Positions 1-7,781 of a DNA stretch of 46,602 nucleotides are shown here, piece by piece. The notes beneath the pieces were generated by a model, which was not told the DNA's origin, made no database searches, and saw nothing but the letters and a program-made list of their open reading frames with translations. The stretch is taken from the UHGV virus genome UHGV-0186543. The stretch is one strand, 5' to 3'. The position numbers and the translations under genes are program-made. The number at the start of each line of letters is the position of its first letter. Within the stretch, counting starts at the first letter, position 1. This DNA is from a virus.

Positions 1-32
1 ATAGAGTATAACCGCGCCAAACATTCAACCTG

Positions 33-869
33 TCAAAATGCTGAATCAGCAACGGATACAGCCGACTTTTCCCCCATTAGCATCAATTTATCCAGCGTCA
101 TACTTCGCAGGTTGTCGCTGTGGATCACCAGATACCCTGCCCGCTCAGCGATCTCTTTGAAAGCGTCAAAGGTCATCAGATGTTCGCCTTTGGCAACATG
201 GCGCATCCTGGTCACTTTTCCATTTTTGATAGTGGTGATAAAAGAAAAATCCGGAATGGTTGGCTGATTTTCATCGAGTAGCAGGCAGTGGATGTATTCA
301 ATCGCCTCTAACATTTGCGTCTGTGACAGTTGTTCTATGTGAGAGACGGCGAAACGTTGGTGAATCATGGTGTAGGCATCGGGATACATCATGCCTTTCT
401 TACCGACCAGCATATTAACGGCATCACGTAAGGGAGTACGGTCATCGGTAGTTGTACTCCGCCTCTCTGGGCGCTGGCTAAAATAACAATCTTCAAGCTT
501 TTCGAAAACTTCCCAAGCCTGTTCTGTTTCCAGCATTTTGGCATGGCGAGCTGCGCCGCGTTCTGTCCAGAGAATGAGGGATCGGGTATGTTTAGCAACT
601 GACTGACTATCTGTCAGTCTGTTTTTGAAGTCGCGTAATTCATTACCTTCCAGCTTAAAAAAATGCTTTCCTACGACAAATCTGGCGATGTTGCGCTTGA
701 AGTTTTGCTGGATACCATTTACTTCCGTGCCATACAAACTGGCAAGCAATTCAGTAGTGATGACGGGAAGTTGGTTATGATGTAGCGGAGAAAGGGATTC
801 CGCAGATATTTGGATTGTCATCGCAGTGGCCTCACTTAGTGTTTTTTTCATCACCACCAGCGACGCCAA
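33..869 (-). CDS. phage antirepressor-like protein (ORF6N/KilA-N-type N-terminal domain)
   Basis: 278-aa ORF; N-terminal region (LASLYG...FVVGKHFFKLEGNELRDFK...LWTERGAARHAKML) resembles antirepressor/ORF6N-type DNA-binding domains from memory; preceded upstream (on minus strand) by its own terminator-bounded region. Confidence 0.5.
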   Translation of the reverse strand: MASLVVMKKTLSEATAMTIQISAESLSPLHHNQLPVITTELLASLYGTEVNGIQQNFKRNIARFVVGKHFFKLEGNELRDFKNRLTDSQSVAKHTRSLILWTERGAARHAKMLETEQAWEVFEKLEDCYFSQRPERRSTTTDDRTPLRDAVNMLVGKKGMMYPDAYTMIHQRFAVSHIEQLSQTQMLEAIEYIHCLLLDENQPTIPDFSFITTIKNGKVTRMRHVAKGEHLMTFDAFKEIAERAGYLVIHSDNLRSMTLDKLMLMGEKSAVSVADSAF

Positions 870-982
870 TCATCTGGTGGTGAACTGTGCAGGGTTGGCG
901 TAACCGGCTAAGTGAACCCGGCGCTTCCGCAGAAGCCCCCACACAGCCCACCATAATGCGAATGTGGCCGTGCCTAACACAT

Positions 983-1003
983 AAAAAAACCGCTAACGCG
1001 GCT
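983..1003 (-). terminator. putative rho-independent terminator upstream of antirepressor gene
   Basis: plus-strand A-run 983-989 followed by hairpin ACCGCTAACGCGGCT; on the minus strand this is a GC stem followed by a U-run. Confidence 0.45.
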
Positions 1004-1093
1004 ATGCGTCACTTAGATATCCGGGACGCCAATCCCGGCAACCGATTTTGCGGCTGCGCGGAAACTATAGCCCCGGGCTTTTTCTAAGTCAAT

Positions 1094-1315
1094 TCAATCA
1101 ACTTCAAACCTCCGGTGTTCACATTCCATACACTCAACGGGAACATCATCGCGATGCAAGTCCACATATCCGACCCGCTTATACAACTCAATAATGTCCG
1201 GTAACGTGACCAGATGTTTTTCCGGTTCCAACACCTCAGCCCTGGTTACTTTGTAATCTGAAATATAGAGCACTATCCGCCCGTTCCGTGGTAACTCCAG
1301 TTTATCGCCAAACAT
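1094..1315 (-). CDS. hypothetical small phage protein (nin-type region)
   Basis: 73-aa ORF in a tightly packed same-strand array of small genes between helicase and antirepressor. Confidence 0.4.
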   Translation of the reverse strand: MFGDKLELPRNGRIVLYISDYKVTRAEVLEPEKHLVTLPDIIELYKRVGYVDLHRDDVPVECMECEHRRFEVD

Positions 1316-1502
1316 GTCCTTTCCCTCCGGGAAACCAATGATATTGACGATATTACACCCACAACGATTCGTTTTACGTCACTCCGCAATCACCATACAT
1401 ACGTACCAATCCGTACATTCCCACCACAAAAATGGCATTCGGCGGGCACTGGTAATGGATTTTTAACGCGTGCTATTGCCTTGCGACGTATTTTCAACTC
1501 AC

Positions 1503-1727
1503 TCATACAGCCTCCCTGCTCTCAAATGGGCGAATATTGGTTGGTTCTCCACACGGAATAGCCCAACCCAGCCAGGTAAATATTTTCAGGTCACACATCG
1601 CGTCATACCGTTCGCCAGGATTCACATCCACCATGCTGCAGGCAATTTCATATTGTTCACCATTATCAGTCAGTGCGATCTGGTCATTAATAAACCGGGG
1701 CACAAATGCCAGAAAAAGTTCTTTCAT
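1503..1727 (-). CDS. hypothetical small phage protein
   Basis: 74-aa ORF; start overlaps stop of upstream gene (1724..2035) in ATGA fashion, typical of coupled phage genes. Confidence 0.4.
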   Translation of the reverse strand: MKELFLAFVPRFINDQIALTDNGEQYEIACSMVDVNPGERYDAMCDLKIFTWLGWAIPCGEPTNIRPFESREAV

Positions 1728-2035
1728 GAAATCCTCCGCTCAAAATAAACATACTGATTCACCGCACCGATCGACATTTCGAGTTTTTCCGCGATATCCT
1801 GGCGATTAATACCCGACTGATGTAATTCCCTTGCCAGCTCGATATCCTCCTGGCGGTATTTCACTGACTGGTGATAATTACCCCGCAGATACATACAGAT
1901 TTTCAACTCGCGCGCTTTTGTGCGTACCGCAGCACCGGTTCTTCCAATAAGCTGCCCTATACGTTCAACTGTCATGCTGCCCGCACATTGTTTGATGATT
2001 ACGACTTCCGCACGCACCCACCGTTTGTATTTCAT
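1724..2035 (-). CDS. hypothetical protein with two helix-turn-helix-like segments
   Basis: 103-aa ORF; segments TVERIGQLIGRTGAAVRTKAREL and NRQDIAEKLEMSIGAVNQYV look like HTH motifs; overlaps neighbours by 4 nt. Confidence 0.4.
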   Translation of the reverse strand: MKYKRWVRAEVVIIKQCAGSMTVERIGQLIGRTGAAVRTKARELKICMYLRGNYHQSVKYRQEDIELARELHQSGINRQDIAEKLEMSIGAVNQYVYFERRIS

Positions 2036-2268
2036 TGCTCCATCCCCCCTCTCCAGTAGTTCAGACGCTCTCTGAAAAATTCCCGGTACGTATCCGGCGT
2101 CATTCCGATTTGCTCAATCACGCTTCCCCTCGGAATACGTTTCTCAAAGAGTTGGCGGATCAGCGTCGCCGCTCGCATGTCGTAGTGCTCTTTAAGCAGG
2201 TATTCCTGAGGCCATTTGGCGCGGTTGTGTGGTAAGCCGGGCGGCAGGTAATCTGATTGCCCTGCCAT
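2032..2268 (-). CDS. hypothetical small phage protein
   Basis: 78-aa ORF, same strand, start/stop coupling with neighbours. Confidence 0.4.
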   Translation of the reverse strand: MAGQSDYLPPGLPHNRAKWPQEYLLKEHYDMRAATLIRQLFEKRIPRGSVIEQIGMTPDTYREFFRERLNYWRGGMEQ

Positions 2269-2269
2269 A

Positions 2270-2680
2270 TCACGTCCCTTTCTTTGCTATCGGAGTGATG
2301 GAACTCAGCAGCAGGCGACAGCGACCGGGCGCGCCAATGCGCTGTCCGGTTATCTTGTCGTAAGTTTCATGCGGTGAGGCACACCAGGTTGTCGCTGTTT
2401 CGTGGAGTTTCACTTGCCGCTCACCATTTCTGCGAATCGCGATCCCGATGTGCGTTTTACCCTTACATTTCACTGCTGGCGCTGCGGCTACGGATGCCTG
2501 ACGGGCAGGCTGAGCTGGTGTTGAAAAATTGCCTGCTTTGGGTCTTGGTACAAAAACCGCACGAGTGCGCGCACGTGGCCCGGCGTTCATATTCCACAAA
2601 ATGACGTCGAGATAGTTTTTACCGTCGTCTATGTGTCCTTTGTCCGACGGGTACTCTAATTTGCCTGAAATGGTGGTCAT
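2270..2680 (-). CDS. hypothetical phage protein
   Basis: 136-aa ORF immediately downstream of the helicase gene on the minus strand. Confidence 0.4.
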   Translation of the reverse strand: MTTISGKLEYPSDKGHIDDGKNYLDVILWNMNAGPRARTRAVFVPRPKAGNFSTPAQPARQASVAAAPAVKCKGKTHIGIAIRRNGERQVKLHETATTWCASPHETYDKITGQRIGAPGRCRLLLSSITPIAKKGT

Positions 2681-2718
2681 TGGTCTTTCCTCGGTTATTT
2701 CACGCTGGTCATGCGTGG

Positions 2719-4110
2719 TTAAAATGGGTCCGTATTAAAGTTTTTGTTTGAATACCGTTTTTCACGTTTTCTCGGTTGCTCTGCCTCCTTCTGGATGCGT
2801 AATTTTTCGCGTGCTACGTGTTGATCAATTGGCAGGAAATGCCCATTCCGGAATTCCTGATAAATAATTTCACCTGCCCCGCCAGAACGGTTTTTACCGA
2901 TAATCACCTCGGCGATACCCTTTGCAGGTGAATCAGGTGTGTAAACTTCATCGCGGTACAAAAACAAAATGCTGTCAGCGTCCTGCTCAACACTGCCGGA
3001 ATCGCGCAGGTCCGACATCACCGGGCGACGCTGGCCAGCAGGTCGAGAATCCACCTGGCGGGAAAGCTGGCTAAGAGCAAAAACAGGGGTATGCAGACGC
3101 ATGGCCATAGTCTTCATGTTGCGGGAGATATGCCCGACAGCGAGATCGTGGCGCTCGGCCTTCGGTTTTTTGATCAGGCCCATGTAATCAACACCAATCA
3201 ACTTCAGGTGCGGATAACGGCGTTTATGAGTCTCTGCAATGGCGCGGATCTGCTCAATCGTCAAATCAGTGGCATCAACAATCCAGATATCGCGATCCTG
3301 CATGATTGCAAGCGCGGCGGTTAATCTGGTCAAATCCTCATCGTCCATTTCTTTTGGATTACGCAGACGCGACGTGGACATATTCCCAGCCCCGGCAACG
3401 GTACGTTCAACAATCTGCTGAGCGCCCATTTCCATGCTGAAAAACAGTGCGCCGCCGCCATCTGCGGTAACGCCATCGATAATCTTCAGGGTAAATTCCG
3501 TTTTCCCCATGCCTGGACGACCGGCAACCACAACAAGGTCGGTCATGTTGATACCGCCCAGGGCGACATCCAGATCCTCGACTCCGGTTTTCAGCATCAT
3601 TTCCTGCGCGTCGCCAGACATCCGTTTATCAACGGTGTCAATGTAGAGCGGTAACAGCTCTTTGATGTGTACCGGCTGGACTGTGCCGGTAGCGGCGCTC
3701 ATATCCAGCACCTGAGCAACATGAGATTCAATAACCTCATCACGCTGACTCTGGTTTACAGCGTTACGGATACCATCCGCGCCAGATTGCAACAATGCCG
3801 CCATTTTGCGGCTCCGCCATGCCCGCACCATTTTCCCAGCATAGCCTTTCAGATTCGGTACCGTTGCCGGGATCCGGGATATTTGAGACAGATCCGCAAG
3901 GCTGGAACCGCCCAGCGCTTCGCTGATAAACAACATGTCGATCATGCCGTTCGCCAGTGCCTGCTTTTTGATTTCGCTGAAAGCGCGACGGTGAAACACG
4001 ATGCTGAAGGCTTCCTCCGGAGTAGTGGCAATCACATCAAACGCGTCAGGCGTCGCGCCACCGTTAATCAGACCAGCGAGAACGATCGCTTCCAGTTCTT
4101 CTGGATTCAT
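2719..4110 (-). CDS. replicative DNA helicase, DnaB family
   Basis: 463-aa ORF with Walker A motif GRPGMGKT and DnaB-like N- and C-terminal organisation; overlaps the upstream initiator gene by 4 nt. Confidence 0.9.
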   Translation of the reverse strand: MNPEELEAIVLAGLINGGATPDAFDVIATTPEEAFSIVFHRRAFSEIKKQALANGMIDMLFISEALGGSSLADLSQISRIPATVPNLKGYAGKMVRAWRSRKMAALLQSGADGIRNAVNQSQRDEVIESHVAQVLDMSAATGTVQPVHIKELLPLYIDTVDKRMSGDAQEMMLKTGVEDLDVALGGINMTDLVVVAGRPGMGKTEFTLKIIDGVTADGGGALFFSMEMGAQQIVERTVAGAGNMSTSRLRNPKEMDDEDLTRLTAALAIMQDRDIWIVDATDLTIEQIRAIAETHKRRYPHLKLIGVDYMGLIKKPKAERHDLAVGHISRNMKTMAMRLHTPVFALSQLSRQVDSRPAGQRRPVMSDLRDSGSVEQDADSILFLYRDEVYTPDSPAKGIAEVIIGKNRSGGAGEIIYQEFRNGHFLPIDQHVAREKLRIQKEAEQPRKREKRYSNKNFNTDPF

Positions 4111-5207
4111 AATGCCCCTTCCCTGGTTTTACGCAGTGTTTCTGGCTTCATCAGGTAATCAAACCCTGCCCGCCAGCCGGTGCGATATTCGCCGCCGAAA
4201 TAGAAGTCTGGGGCGTTATCGCGGAATTTTTCGAAGTAGCCGATAAATGCGCCAAGAGTTTGCGTGCGCATATGTGCCAGCAGGCGCAGGATTGCCCGAC
4301 GGCGGTCAGTATCAATTTCAGCTATAGGTAGCAGGTCGCCCAGAATCTCGTTGTAGCCCTTCACAACTTCAGCAGGGTCAACGGCAGCCTCAGCAGTGGC
4401 CCACGTCTCAGCGTCAGCCAGGTATCCGTCAAACCGGTTTACGCGGCAAATGTTCGCAGGTTTCGGAACGCTTCCGCTACGACGGCGCCATGTCGCAATA
4501 ACCCAACGAATTACTAACTGAATCTCAGCCACGCTGTAACCAGCGCGGGTGGTGGTGGCAGTTAGCAGCATGACAAACGGTTTAACGTCGCGGCAGCGGG
4601 TACCGACTTTCTCGTTGTAGTAGTTCAGAGCTTTTTGAGCGTCAGCGAGAATGATTTCCTCGCCCTCCCCCTTTTGGGGGTAAGGGGGATCTTTTATCTC
4701 TGTAGTACTCTCTGTTGTATTCTCTGTAAGAGATTGGGTCATTTTGACCTTAGCGCATGGGTCAACTTGACCTGATGCTTGGGTCACATTGACCTCTTCG
4801 ATTGGGTCAACTTGACCTAATCGATTGGCCACAGGGAATGTTGTCTCTTCAATCTTACATAACTGGGCATAATTGATTGAATACCACTTGGTTTTATCCC
4901 AGGCATCACTGTTAAAGTTCCCAGTAAATACCACATTCAATTTTTCCAGATTGGCCAGCACGCGTTTTATTGTCGACTCGCTCCAGAACGGGAATTGTTC
5001 TTGCCAATCGGTCACACTGTTGTACACCCAGTGGCGATTTTCGAAGAAATTTTGAGATGAATTCAGCCAGTAGTGGATTTGCTGTAGAACGATGGCTTCA
5101 TTCAACCCTATAGTGCATGCCAACGTGGGCAGGACCTGAAGGGGGTTTTCGTTAATCAGCAAACGACTCATACTCAGATCTCCAGAGCTTCGGCTATCTG
5201 ACGACAA
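4107..5207 (-). CDS. replication initiation protein (lambda O-like); probable true start at 5171
   Basis: 366-aa ORF directly upstream of the DnaB-like gene; contains the iteron array in its coding sequence (encoding repeated GQVDP peptide) as in lambda O; second Met at 5171 sits 2 nt after the stop of the upstream ORF. Confidence 0.7.
   Translation of the reverse strand: MSSDSRSSGDLSMSRLLINENPLQVLPTLACTIGLNEAIVLQQIHYWLNSSQNFFENRHWVYNSVTDWQEQFPFWSESTIKRVLANLEKLNVVFTGNFNSDAWDKTKWYSINYAQLCKIEETTFPVANRLGQVDPIEEVNVTQASGQVDPCAKVKMTQSLTENTTESTTEIKDPPYPQKGEGEEIILADAQKALNYYNEKVGTRCRDVKPFVMLLTATTTRAGYSVAEIQLVIRWVIATWRRRSGSVPKPANICRVNRFDGYLADAETWATAEAAVDPAEVVKGYNEILGDLLPIAEIDTDRRRAILRLLAHMRTQTLGAFIGYFEKFRDNAPDFYFGGEYRTGWRAGFDYLMKPETLRKTREGAL
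4735..4817. repeat. origin iterons: four copies of palindromic TGGGTCA-N4-TGACC at ~22-23 bp spacing, with adjacent AT-rich stretch (4691-4733)
   Basis: TGGGTCATTTTGACC (4735-4749), TGGGTCAACTTGACC (4758-4772), TGGGTCACATTGACC (4780-4794), TGGGTCAACTTGACC (4803-4817) seen directly; location inside the initiator gene matches lambdoid ori architecture. Confidence 0.7.
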
Positions 5208-5398
5208 CCGGCTTCATAGTCCGCATTGCTCAGCCCTTTGTCGCGCAACTCGACCTTCCTGGATTCATACTGCTCCCACACCGAAAGCGCGGCAGCCATA
5301 CGCCCATCAAAAATAGGTTGGATCTCTGCAACATGTGCCGGGCGTCCATTCAGGTGCCAGCCGTTACGCCAGGTAATGCGGTCAATATGTCTTAACAT
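5174..5398 (-). CDS. hypothetical small protein between cII-like gene and initiator
   Basis: 74-aa ORF; stop immediately precedes the 5171 start of the initiator. Confidence 0.4.
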   Translation of the reverse strand: MLRHIDRITWRNGWHLNGRPAHVAEIQPIFDGRMAAALSVWEQYESRKVELRDKGLSNADYEAGCRQIAEALEI

Positions 5399-5437
5399 CG
5401 GTCTTTCCTCGGTATAAGTTAAACGCTGGTCAGGCGC

Positions 5438-5914
5438 TCATGCATGGTGGCCTTGCGCAGTGCTTATCACTGCCCCTCGCGTCGCTACCAGCGCCGCTAT
5501 TGCTTCGTCAATTTCCTGGATAGTTAACTCTGGCGCGAAGTGGAGATGTACAGCGTTAATCGCTTCCACCCCTTCTTTTGCCGCCAGCGTTGCCAGCAAA
5601 ACGGGATCGCCCGGCGACTCCAGACGCGCCCGCCGTTCTGCGGGTAGCACGGCTTTCATCACACTGGCCAGCACCTGAGTTTTTCGGCGCGCCGCCGTTG
5701 TCTCGCCACGTAACCAGCGAAAGATTTTCTGCCGGTTGTTGTTGATGGCTCTCCAGTCCACGTTACCGTCCGCGTCCTCAAATTCATGTAGTCTCAACTC
5801 ATCATTGCGTCCCTGACTGAACCAGGCCCGGCAGATTTCAATTGTGACGAGTTCCTGCCCTGCCCTTGCCGCCCAGGTCAAAATCTCTTTTTGTAATTCC
5901 TCTGGGTTTTCCAT
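5438..5914 (-). CDS. cII-position regulatory protein, possibly YdaT-like
   Basis: 158-aa ORF directly downstream of the cro-like gene; C-terminal region resembles YdaT-family prophage proteins from memory; assignment tentative. Confidence 0.4.
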   Translation of the reverse strand: MENPEELQKEILTWAARAGQELVTIEICRAWFSQGRNDELRLHEFEDADGNVDWRAINNNRQKIFRWLRGETTAARRKTQVLASVMKAVLPAERRARLESPGDPVLLATLAAKEGVEAINAVHLHFAPELTIQEIDEAIAALVATRGAVISTAQGHHA

Positions 5915-5973
5915 AGCGTCTCCTGTCGCTAAAAATTGATTACGCTTAATCAGATGTAATAAGCCGCCCTTTG

Positions 5974-6171
5974 CTAAGCTTTTTCATGTTTTGGAACATC
6001 GTAAAAAGTCGGGTCATATTTCAGTGCTCCGTTAGTGATATGGTCGAGTCGAGCAGCTCGCTTTTCAGGAACTGTTGCCCCCCAACGAGTAACCGCCACT
6101 TGAGATATACCCAGCACCTTGGCTGTGGCTGTCTTTGAACCAAAAAAACTAATAACCGTCTCTGTTTTCAT
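5974..6171 (-). CDS. Cro-like transcriptional regulator (YdaS/Cro family HTH)
   Basis: 65-aa ORF with HTH (TAKVLGISQVAVTRW), divergent from the repressor gene across an operator-containing intergenic region. Confidence 0.7.
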   Translation of the reverse strand: MKTETVISFFGSKTATAKVLGISQVAVTRWGATVPEKRAARLDHITNGALKYDPTFYDVPKHEKA

Positions 6172-6183
6172 AATCCCTCCACG

Positions 6184-6234
6184 TAACTTTTGTTAGCAAC
6201 ATAAATACTAACGAAAGTTATGTCAAGTTAACTT
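6184..6234. promoter_or_regulatory. right operator/promoter region: operators TAACTTTTGTTA (6184-6195), TAACGAAAGTTA (6209-6220), AAGTTAACTT (6225-6234); putative pR -35 TTGACA (6221-6226, minus) and -10 TATGTT (6198-6203, minus)
   Basis: palindromic 12-bp sites with TAAC/GTTA arms seen directly; sigma70-like hexamers with 17-bp spacer on the minus strand reading toward cro. Confidence 0.6.
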
Positions 6235-6239
6235 ATATT

Positions 6240-6653
6240 ATGAGGATGAAGAATTTGATGCTTAGCGACCGTTTATCTCAAAGACGCAAACAGCTTGGTC
6301 TAACCCAACAACAGCTTGCTGATATGGTTGGAAGATCGAGTGTGAGCGTTTTTAAATGGGAAAGCGGACAAAATGAACCAAAGGGTCAGAACTTGCTGGC
6401 TTTGGCCAATGCACTTAAGTGTTCTGCCACATGGCTGCTTTTTGGTGACGAAGACCAGGCACCAACTCCGGTAGACGAATTACCAACAGAGCTGGATTCA
6501 CGTCAAAAAAGATTGTTAGAGTTATTTGATTCATTACCCGAGTCAGAAAAAGAAAAGCAACTAATTGAATTAGAAGATAAAGTTGAAAACTTTAATCGTT
6601 TATTTGAAGAGTTACTGGTTACCAGAAAGAAACTAACCCCCACCAAAAAATAA
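6240..6653 (+). CDS. CI-like phage repressor (XRE-family HTH)
   Basis: 137-aa ORF with N-terminal HTH (LTQQQLADMVGRSSVSVFKWESG); divergent from cro-like gene; alternative start at Met7 (6258). Confidence 0.75.
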   Translation: MRMKNLMLSDRLSQRRKQLGLTQQQLADMVGRSSVSVFKWESGQNEPKGQNLLALANALKCSATWLLFGDEDQAPTPVDELPTELDSRQKRLLELFDSLPESEKEKQLIELEDKVENFNRLFEELLVTRKKLTPTKK

Positions 6654-6656
6654 AAT

Positions 6657-6692
6657 AAAGGCAATGTTTTCAATGCATTGCCTTTATTTTTA
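6657..6692 (+). terminator. rho-independent terminator after repressor gene
   Basis: stem AAAGGCAATG / CATTGCCTTT followed by TTTATTTTT. Confidence 0.6.
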
Positions 6693-6702
6693 CCCCAAAT
6701 AC

Positions 6703-6749
6703 TAACCTTTGTTATAAAACGCCTTGCACATAAAATTACCTTTAGTTAT
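6703..6749 (+). promoter_or_regulatory. pL-like promoter with left operators: TAACCTTTGTTA (6703-6714) and TTACCTTTAGTTA (6736-6748); -35 TTGTTA (6709-6714), -10 TAAAAT (6731-6736)
   Basis: same TAAC-N4-GTTA operator family as the right operator region, overlapping sigma70-like hexamers. Confidence 0.5.
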
Positions 6750-7430
6750 ATTCATTCCATCAACAACGCTTACCCAGCGGCAGTTGTTCAGAAACAAGTT
6801 CTGACAGCCGGAAAGACGGCACCAAATTTTGCGCGTCGGCGCCAACACGATGACAGAGGGAAAGACTTCACCGGCATATGGCACATGTGTCGAAGCGGTC
6901 TGGATGGAAGCGGAGCCTTAACGCGTTGTCTCCATAGCAGGTAGCCGGAATGTGCAAGCCACAGCCAGGTATGAGCGATTGATTCACCATCAAGGCGATA
7001 CGGTGTGACCACCAGGGAAGAGTCCTGGCTACAACACGAGAGCGCACTTCATCGACTCAACTTTGAGCTTTGTCGTTAAATTTTGAAATGGCGGAGTGCG
7101 CTCCCGGTTGTGGTGAACAGGTGTTTAACGGGAACTCCCTGCCCGTTACCCGGTTCGATTCCGGGCGCTACACCGTAATTATTGGGACCCTCTGGTGAAA
7201 GCCAGAGCCTCTCGCAGAGAGGCGCAACGAGGAAAGACCGGGCATGACCAGCCCTGACAGCCGGAAAGACGGCACCCTTTAGATGGCAAAAGACCCGCAC
7301 AAGGCGGGCCAGTTACCCCGAACGGCGACCAAACCATTCGGATATGGTGCAAGGGACCAACCTTACACCGAGGAAAGACCAACGACAGAGCCGCTGATCG
7401 GTTCTGAGTATACCCCACCAAGGAGTCGCT

Positions 7431-7751
7431 ATGGAAGCGCGCACCATCCCAGTAACACTCTTTATTAATTATGCAACTTCAACTTTCAGCCACGAAAAGC
7501 TGCTTGTTGCGACTGTTGATATGTCAAAAAATTTTCCAGACAGGTACATCCTTCTGGAAAGCCGCGAAATTGAAATTACCGTCAACCAGCCCCAGCCAAT
7601 CGACATCATCGGTTTACAGGTCGAGCAACTGCGTGAACAAAAACAGAAAACAGTCGCCGAAGCCCAACAGCGTATTGCTGCTATCGATGACAAAATCCAG
7701 CAGTTACTTTGCATCGAATACACGCCAGATACTGATGAAATCCCCTACTAA
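7431..7751 (+). CDS. hypothetical early-left protein
   Basis: 106-aa ORF with strong SD (AAGGAG) 7 nt upstream; first sizeable ORF of the leftward operon. Confidence 0.5.
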   Translation: MEARTIPVTLFINYATSTFSHEKLLVATVDMSKNFPDRYILLESREIEITVNQPQPIDIIGLQVEQLREQKQKTVAEAQQRIAAIDDKIQQLLCIEYTPDTDEIPY

Positions 7752-7781
7752 AGACCACTGACCTGTAATGAGGAAAGACCA

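Noticed and set aside
2969-4246. Several 60-163-aa ORFs antisense to the helicase and initiator genes (e.g. 2969..3187, 3667..4158, 4001..4246)
   Set aside because: Fully embedded antisense in well-supported long genes; typical six-frame artefacts in GC-rich coding sequence.
6678-6944. 88-aa plus-strand ORF spanning the pL operator/promoter region
   Set aside because: Begins inside the terminator and operator sequences upstream of the predicted promoter and has no SD; more parsimoniously non-coding leader.
7081-7180. Possible tRNA gene in the pL leader (perfect T-arm GGTTCGATTCC hairpin followed by a 7-nt acceptor-like segment)
   Set aside because: Could not build a D-arm or anticodon arm with acceptable pairing and no CCA is encoded; kept only as a T-arm-like hairpin within the structured leader finding.
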